64,000 nucleotides of DNA from Lingula anatina (taxonomy: Eukaryota; Animalia; Brachiopoda), in NCBI GenBank assembly GCA_051362555.1, contig CM120640.1:57638788-57702787 (forward strand). Reading direction: 5' to 3'. The notes beneath the pieces were generated by a model. That model saw only the letters and a program-made list of their open reading frames with translations. It ran no database searches and had not been told where the DNA came from. Both the position numbers and the translations under genes were made by a program. Shown in pieces: positions 52,001 through 61,000 of the stretch; the first letter of the stretch is position 1, and each line of letters begins with the position of its first letter.

Positions 52001-55000
52001 TATAATAACCACTCCCAAATGCATTTTACAACGACTTTGACAAGCGAAAGAAGACGTTGAAGCACCATCATCTTCAGTGCAGAATTAGCAGGTGAAACGG
52101 AAATATCGAGTGAAAATCAGTTAGATGCTTATAACATTAGTAATTTTAGAACAGCGCCCCCATTGATTTGATACGATTGAATCTTTGACTTAATAAGTTA
52201 ACGGTCTAAAACGAACTCATTTTTTACAGTCTGGCCTCATCAAAGCTGCTCTTACTGTATTTTTCAATATTTTGTGCCAGTATGAAAATGTACTACTGTC
52301 CTAATTGAAGTTACCTATATTCGGTAGTTTATTTTGCCGTTCACCATTAATTATCAAGCTTTCCTTCTCGTCCATCAGAGACCAAATAATAAATGTCAGC
52401 CAATCGACATGTACAATGTACATTAATGGCTCATTACACATTTGTCACGACCTCAGGTCGATTTTTTTTTTTTTTTTGCCCTTTAAATGTTCGCCAAAAT
52501 TAAGTTTTACTATAGGTAAAAGGAACTAATGTTAGTTGAGAATTATTGACCTTGTATGTTTGTGGCGGGTATACTCATCCCCCTTTCCAAGTGAAACAAC
52601 GTCGTTTGCACCCAAGTCTTTCTCTTGTCGTTGCTATTCAATTTCGCTGAGAAGGGTGGGAATGTCACTGTTAATCGACTGTTTACCAGTTTTATGAGCC
52701 GGTTTTGAAGACAACTCTTTTTCGCCACTATATGTTATCGGCATGATCATTCATTACAGGTATACTGGAATGGTCATTGTTCTGGAATCAGCTTTGGTCA
52801 TCGGAGCATTTCTTGAAGGTGGTTAAATCGAAAACTGGTGTTGAGCATTATAATCTTCTTCGTTCTTGACATATTAGTCATTTTGCCTTTGAGCAGTCAT
52901 TTTCTTGATAATGTAGGCTAGTATTGGTTCAGTCACAGGCCAAAGAGACATTGCCCTAATACCAAATGACATCCAGGTATATGGCATTCAATTTTTTATC
53001 AAGCCAAGTTTATCCTTGCTCGTAACTTACGTCTTATCGTTTAAAGAAATTAGAACATATTGGGGACTTATAAGGTTTTGTTGTTGCGACTCGAGGCTGT
53101 ATTAAAAGTACAAAGGAACATTAACTATAAATGAAACACAGAATTGGACATAGAGTCAAAATAATAAGATAATGAAAATTGATTCTAATCCTGGATCTTG
53201 CCCTGTAGGTTAAAATGGAGATGACGACGTTTCGACCTTATCACAAAGTCGTCTTCAAGTGAACTGATTCCAATTGTCACCTGTGTGTCCGTTTCAACGT
53301 ATATAATCGGATGGATAAAAAAATTCATTTTTAAGTGAAATATAACACTTTAATTATTAAAATGTTATGTCAAGTTCTTGTATCTAACTTCTTGTTTTGA
53401 AATACAGTCTAGTAATTATCCAAAATATTCCACCCTCCATGAAAGTAATGTTGCATATCGTTTTGCTTCATTAATGTTGTTTGGAATATTTCTTTACTTT
53501 AGTTAGGTCGGGGAGCATGACACAAATGACGGGAGCCAAGGATGCCAAGGGCAACGAATATATGGTGATGTTTACGGAAAATATGTTAATGGATGACTTC
53601 TATGAGAAAAACCCCATCAAAGAACTGTTTATTTCTGCTGGAAATAGTTTTCAGTCGGGCAGCTCTGTGCAGGTCTCATACTACAATGGCGCCACCTTGA
53701 TGAATAACACATACCATATTCCGCAGGGCAAGACCATTCGAGTGGACTTGTCAAACTTGGGTTTAGAACTCAAAGGATCTACAGTGGGAAGGAAAGGTAT
53801 CGAAATAAAGTCTGCCACAGAGATTGCTGTGTTTGTCATGAACAAAGACACATTTACCAGTGAGGGATACTTGGCCATCCCTAACGACGGATTGGGAAAG
53901 GCATATATTACTGTGAGCTATCCACCGTACCCAGAAGAGAAAGCATCTATGTCGGAGTTGGGAGTGGTCGCTCCTGAAGATGGTACTGTAGTTATGATGC
54001 AATTGCCAATGGTTCGTGATCTTACTGTCACTCTGAATGGACAGGAGTACTCAGCCGGGAGCATGATAGACGTATCACTGAACAAGTTCGATGCAGTCCA
54101 AATTCAAAGTGACAAAGACCTGTCTGGAACCTATATTACGTCCAATAAACCAGTAGCCGTCTTCAGCGGAAATGGCCGCACAGCAATTCCAAAAACCAGA
54201 GCTTCTCGAGACCATTTAGTGGAACAACTCCCACCCGTGGACTCCTGGGGGAACGATTTCGCCACCGTTCCGATACCAAGACGAACACAGGGAGACTATT
54301 TCCGCATCACGGCGGCAGAACCAAATACAAACATCAGGGTCCAAAGTAGCAGTGGTTCTGTTTTCACATATGCCATTTCCAAGGCAGGAAAAAGCATCCA
54401 GGATATCAGTAACTTCAAGTCAACCGACCTCTACCGCATTGTGTCAGATAAACCTATAATGGTAGCCCAGTTCGTCTCCAGTCAGCTGAAAGCAGGAGCT
54501 GCAGAAAAGGCGGACCCATCAATGATAATCATCCCACCCATACAACAATACAGCAGAGATTATTTCTTCGCTCTTCCCAAGGCTGCCAGTGATTTAAGTC
54601 TTGTTGCTCCCCCATTCAAGCATCAGGTTATGGTCGTAATAGCAGGCAGCAAGAGAAGCGGTCTTATGTTGGACGGGGCGCCAGTTCAGCTTCCAGCAGA
54701 TGCCATGTGGAAACAGATTCCAAACAACCCAGAAGGAGATCTTGAATCTACTAACCTTGTCGGAGCATTCATTGACGTACTCAATGAAGACGCCCATCAT
54801 AGTTTGCAGCACACCGATCCGAATGTCAGTTTCATGGCTATCATGTATGGATCCGGCGACAGAGAAAGTTATGCAATGCCCATGGGTATGGAGCTTGCTT
54901 CGATAAACCCCAATCCGGTGAGCAAATAAGGACTAATTTGGGCTTAATCGCTTATTAATATGTTTTTGCTTCATCTGACAGTATAGAACTGCGTTATGTA

Positions 55001-58000
55001 TTATATTCTGCATTCAATTCTTTTTTTTTTTTTTTTTTTGTAGGCGGGGGGAGTTATTTAGGACGCTCAATAATACTGTTACAAGTCCTTCTATACTGAT
55101 GAATCATGTTAAATTTTGTTATAATAAATAAAAATTGTTTCTAAAAACAAATTCAGAAACTTTGACATCCCGTTTTTTCCATATTTTAATTACAGATTTT
55201 GCCTGCCTCTGTTGATGTAATGGATGGCACAGGAAAAGAATATATGATAATGTTCACAGAGAACATGCTGATGGACTACTATCATGAGAAAAATCCAGTG
55301 TTAGAATTGTTCATTTCCCTCGCTAACAAAAGAGTCCCAGAAGCTATGGTATACGTGTCATACTATAACAATAGTCGCCTAATGAACGTGTCTTACGAAA
55401 TTATTCCCGGTGTTATGAAACGCATTGATCTCTCTAAAGCTAATCTAGAGATGATAGGGACTGGTGTGGAGCGAAAAGCAATTGAAATTAAATCTACTGA
55501 GGATATTTTAGTTTACGGTATGAATAAAGATACTTTCACAACGGACGGCTTTCTCGCCGTGCCCAGAAGCGGTGTAGGTAGTAATTATGTTACTATAAAC
55601 TATCCACCATATCCCGAAGATACCGCCTCAAGGGCAGAATTTGGCATAGCACCATTTGAAGATGACACCAAAGTGATCATCAAAATGCCGTCAAGAGACT
55701 CCATGTTTATACGTCTTAATGGTAAAACATACAGTGGTGGTTCCAACGTTGAGATAACATTAGACAAGTTTGACGCCCTACAGATCCAGAGTGGTAAGGA
55801 CCTGACAGGCTCTTACATAAAAACCAACAAGCCTGTGTCGGTATTTAGTGGTAACGGTCGCACAGCTATCCCGAAGTCTAGAGCATCAAGAGACCATCTT
55901 GTTGAGCAGATGTTGCCGGTTGAATCATGGGGAAAGGTCTTCTTGACAACGCCATTTCCAGATAGAACAGAAGGAGATTACATTCGCATCATAGCATCTG
56001 AGGCTGACACAGATGTTTACATATACCGCAACGATGGTATGAGCAGCTATTTCAACATCCGTATGTCCGGGGGAGACATTTCTTTCGATGGCGCTAATGA
56101 GCCTTACAGGATACAGGCAAGCAAACCGATTCTTGTTGTTCAATTTGTAACCAGCCAGCGCTCGGTTGACGACCCTGAAAGGGCCGATCCAGCTATGTTG
56201 GTCATCCCACCGGTTGAACAGTACAGTCGAGACTACACCTTTACACTGCCATCAGCAGCAAGCGTTGGGAGAGATGGTTCTCCATTCAAACACAAGGTTA
56301 TGATCATCGTACAAGAACGATATAAGGATGACATAGCACTGAATGGCCAGCCTCTTGGACTGTCACCCGATAGATGGCAAGACGTCCCAAGCAAGTCCAG
56401 TGATGATTTTCCAGAAAATGCCTTCGTGTCGACATCACTAAGTGTGACAGGGGAAGATTCCGTTTCCCACACCCTAGCCCATCCTGATCCTGATGTCACA
56501 TTTATGGCAGCACTCTATGGAGCTGGTGACAGGGAAAGTTATGCCCTGCCCATGGGAATGAAATTACGGCCAATCAATTCCGAACCGGTAAGTCAGCTGA
56601 TTTCATTGACTTATATTTTCATGAGGCTGTGTATTTTGTCAGTTTATCTTTCAAAAGTCCAGCATTTAGTAAATGTGTCAAACAGTTAAGCATTTACCAG
56701 TCAAACGAAAAATTGCTTTTCCTAAGGACAGCACTTTGGTCAAATGCCCGCGGGCCACTAGATTTCAAATCAAATCTAGATTTCAAATCTCTTATTTTCT
56801 TTTCCTGTATCTTAATTCCATAGTATGGAATCTTGAAGGCGCTGCGTTGACACTCCGAACGCTAAGCTTTTCCATTCCACGAAGCCCATGTTTGTCCATC
56901 TAATAACTAAAGCATCTAATAATCTTAAATATGGATTAAGAAAAGCAGTTTGAAATCATATCCTCTTCAAGAATAACACCTTGATTAATTCAATATGTAT
57001 ATATATATATGCATTTTTGAAGCACGTAATATTAGTAACTAATTCGTTTTTAATTTTTACTTATAGCCAACTCCACGCGGTAAGTCATTTTTAAGAAAAA
57101 CCTCTTTTATTAACTTTAAACCGAGAATGACTTTATAACATCAGGTTTTACACGTAAGCATTTCGAGAACAATTTAATTCACAGCGAAATGGAATTCTCA
57201 TTTGGGAAAATCAAGATAACATGTTGGTTTTGTATCAAGTCCTAAGACTTATTTTCGACTTGTTTTCGTCTCCTTTCTTTACCAAAACAAAAGGGCAGTT
57301 GCTTAAAAAGAAAATGATTTTACACTTTGTTAAGGTAAAAAGAGAATTTTGAATTGTAGCAATTCTTTCTTGTAAAAGTAAAAATGCATTAAGAACACAT
57401 ATATTGGGTTAACTGTTTTGCTTGTTTGACTTTTACCACCCCACCTCTGCACAGGCATGCTTGGCGGAGATGCTAGCGCTCCATCAGGCGAGGTTCCAAT
57501 ACCTATTCAAGACATCCGCTTGCCATCTTACGTCAAACCAGTTCACTATGGAATTATCATCCAACCTAATTTCTACAATAAGATGCCACACACCTTTGAC
57601 TTCAATGGCACTGCCACCATCACTTTCTCTACAACCAGGGACACGAATTCGATCACAATGCACTCGAGAGATCTGAATATAGATCGGAGTAGCGTCGAAC
57701 TCAAAGGACCAGATGGCATGGTGGAAGTAACAAACATCAAGGAAGATAAGCCGCGAGACCTCATTATTTTTGACACTGCCAGCATGCTAAACCCACAGAC
57801 GAATTATACTATAAAGATGAACTTCCGAGGAAAGATGAATTCTCAACCCATGGGCATGTTTTACATCAATCTTAATACCGACGATGAACCAGAGTATGTT
57901 TTTAACGTCGCTTGAGACAACCTCAGTATAATCAGTATAATCAGTATAATCCACTCTTCAGTTGTGTTCCACGGGAACTTACCTGAGGGGACATTGTCCT

Positions 58001-61000
58001 AAAATGATGGCTTTTTGAAAATGAGGATCTTCATTTTTTTGTTTATTTTTTTTTTCGGGTAACATTTGTGTATCATATAAATATATAAATCTGAATTGTT
58101 TCTTGATTGTTATAAAATGCAATCGATGTTAAAGAAACTTGATATATAACACAACTATGTAATTCCAATCTATACATGTATGTTGCATTGGTGTTTTAAA
58201 ATTAACGAGCATAACACAGCAGTTTATTTCATTTTATAAGGTATATGGTTTCCACAAGCCTCAAACCGAATTATGCCAGAAAGGTTTTCCCATCCTTCGA
58301 CGAACCAGGGATGCTGGCAACTTATAGCATATCAATTGTAAGAAAGGAACCATGGACGTCAATGTCTACCATGCCTCTTGAATATACAACTGAAAGGTAC
58401 CAGTTTATATTTCATACTATAATCATCTGGCGATACCCTATGCCCCATTGAAATAACCTTTAAGTTGAAATTAAAATTTGTAAAAGATTATTTTCAGAAA
58501 CTATTGTATTTTATGTTATCTTCATAAGCAGAGATTATTGAATCTGAAATATTAAATGTTACAGACCAGATGGAATGAAAGAAGATCGATTTGAAACCAC
58601 GCCCATGATTCCACCTTATGCTGTCTCTATGACACTTTCTAATATGACAAAGAATAAGGAATATAGGACAACAACTGGTGTAAATGTAAGTAGTACATTT
58701 TGCTCACGATCTTCTTATTCTAAAGTCAGTGGACATAATGTGTTTCTTATTTTCTTTAAGTCTTAACTCATTTTAATCAGGTATCATTTTCTCTATTATC
58801 TTCAGAACCCATTTGCAAGCCAATTAACTAAAACATTCAAATATCAGTTAGACCATTTGTATTTAGTCTTATTATAATACGTAACTGACTGGAATAAAAG
58901 CCCGTTGTCTTTTTAAAGGTCCGATTATGGACACGGGAAGACGCCCCAGAATTGATGCCTCGTCTTTTGGAAACCACCGGCAAAACCATTGAAACCTTGG
59001 AGACGGTTTTAGGAACGCCATATCCATATAAAACATTAGGTAAACTTGAATTGGGTTTTTAATACATGGTTTTATTAGGAAAACATGTTTTATCCCATTC
59101 TTGTCCTGTGTGTTTAAAAAGTATGAAAGACCATGTGTTTAAACTATTTGGACGTTCGCTAGAGAGTAACATATTGGAACAACATTTAAATGACTATTCA
59201 GGGAGATAATTATGTAATATCGATTTTGTGAAAATACATTATTCCAGATATATTAGGGATCCCCAACAGGCAACAATCAGTTGAAGGAACCTACTTGGAA
59301 CCAACTGCTAGTGCAGGAAGCGTAAACATCCCGGAAACGGAGTTAATGGCGTCTCGTACCTCACCAACGGACAGTCTAAGCCGCTTTGTGTCAAAGTATA
59401 ACAAAGACATAATTCAACAGGTGACTTAATTTCAAGTACACGCAATCATTCTGTGAAAAGCCGTAGTATAGGCTCAATTCTGCGGCAGAATGACAACAAT
59501 TGTTTGAATCAACTTGGCTCGAAGTAAAGAAAGGATGCATAGGGTCTGGGATAGCTTAAGTAAATAGAAGAAGATTTCGTATATTAACCTATAGTGTTCA
59601 GTGCATACATTGTTCTTTATCAGTTTTTTTTTTCAAACATGGTGGATTGAAATAAATACTTGAACTAAATGATTAGATAATGGGAACGAATATGTAGTCC
59701 AAATGGAGCGTAACTTTTTTTTCAATTTTTCAGTTGATTGGTACAAACGTGCCTCCTACGTGGTGGAATAGCGACTGGGTCAACAATGGTTTGGTCAGCT
59801 ACTTGGAAAAAATAGTGTATCCACTCTCGGGTGGACAGCAACTGGTATGTGTTTCAGTAGACGTCACGCGATTCACCTGTTGGTAAAGGACTACTTAAAT
59901 ATTGGTAAAAGGTTTTTTATGTGTTCAGCATGACGTACTCCTGTCATATGATTGATTCTTTTAAGCTTCAAAATGAACGAGCCAGCAAATTACATTACAT
60001 ATGGCGTGTTTGTTTTGCACGAAAATTTCTAATTTTTGAAAAATGGACAGCGTCTATGTGGTGTTTCTATTAGATTTTGCAATAATTATATATATACTGT
60101 TACAATTCACTTTAAAAGGAGGACCAGTATATCCTGCAGTCAATTCTACCGACCATGGAGGCCGATTCCGTCCTTGGGGTTCCCGCATTAAATACACCCA
60201 TTAACAACCCGACTATGATCAGCGATGGGCCGACACCTCTTCCCGGTACTAAGGTAAGTTAAGGGGTAGATGCAAAGGTATGTCATCGCTTTTGTTTGAG
60301 GTCAAAGTAACAAGGGGGGATGTTTCCTAGCTTAAAGGACAACTCCTTTAATTCTGAGGAACTGCAGCGACATATATTATCGAGAAGGAAATGGTAGCCA
60401 TGTCCCTGTGGTTACTGAGTATGTGCAGTTATTGTATCTTAAAGTACTTATTATTTTCATTATTATTTGTTTATATCATTTTATATAGGTCAACCTCTTA
60501 TATTTCTAGGGTGGAGCTATTTTACGCATGCTAGCGTCTGTCGTAGGAGAAGACACTCTGAATAAAGCAATTAAGGTAAGATTTTATCCTTATTAAGAGG
60601 CAAAGATATTGTATAGTTTTGTTGTTAGCTTTAATTATAGATGAATGCTTATCATTTATATATACAGTTTATTTTATAATCATCACATTAAACAGAAAAT
60701 TCTTCAAATATATTCAATGCAGAACTCACATGTGTTTGAATATCTTAAACTAGCGCTACGTAACAGACATGGCAGGGACATCAGCAACAGAGGAAGATTT
60801 TTGGGAAACGATTTCTGAGGTATGTGAAGTTTTCGTAAATTTCATATACAAAAAACTATTATTATATTATCGTTATTGTCAAGGCGTTAACGTTAGCAGT
60901 AAAATATTCCGTAATAATTCACAGTAGTTCCACAGCATGGGCGTACTGTATGAGGGGGTCTGGTGGCCTCGCCCTGTACATCGCTGTTGCCTTTTTACTT

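Noticed and set aside
53481-56689. Two long intronless ORFs as stand-alone or horizontally acquired bacterial genes
   Set aside because: Both have consensus splice acceptors and donors at the domain edges, their listed starts are TTG codons at intron ends, and they splice in frame with the flanking exons. A deep origin of the domain cannot be judged without a phylogeny.
60332-60351. TTAA-AGGACAACTCCT-TTAA mini-palindrome resembling a collapsed Kolobok element
   Set aside because: Too short to distinguish from chance.
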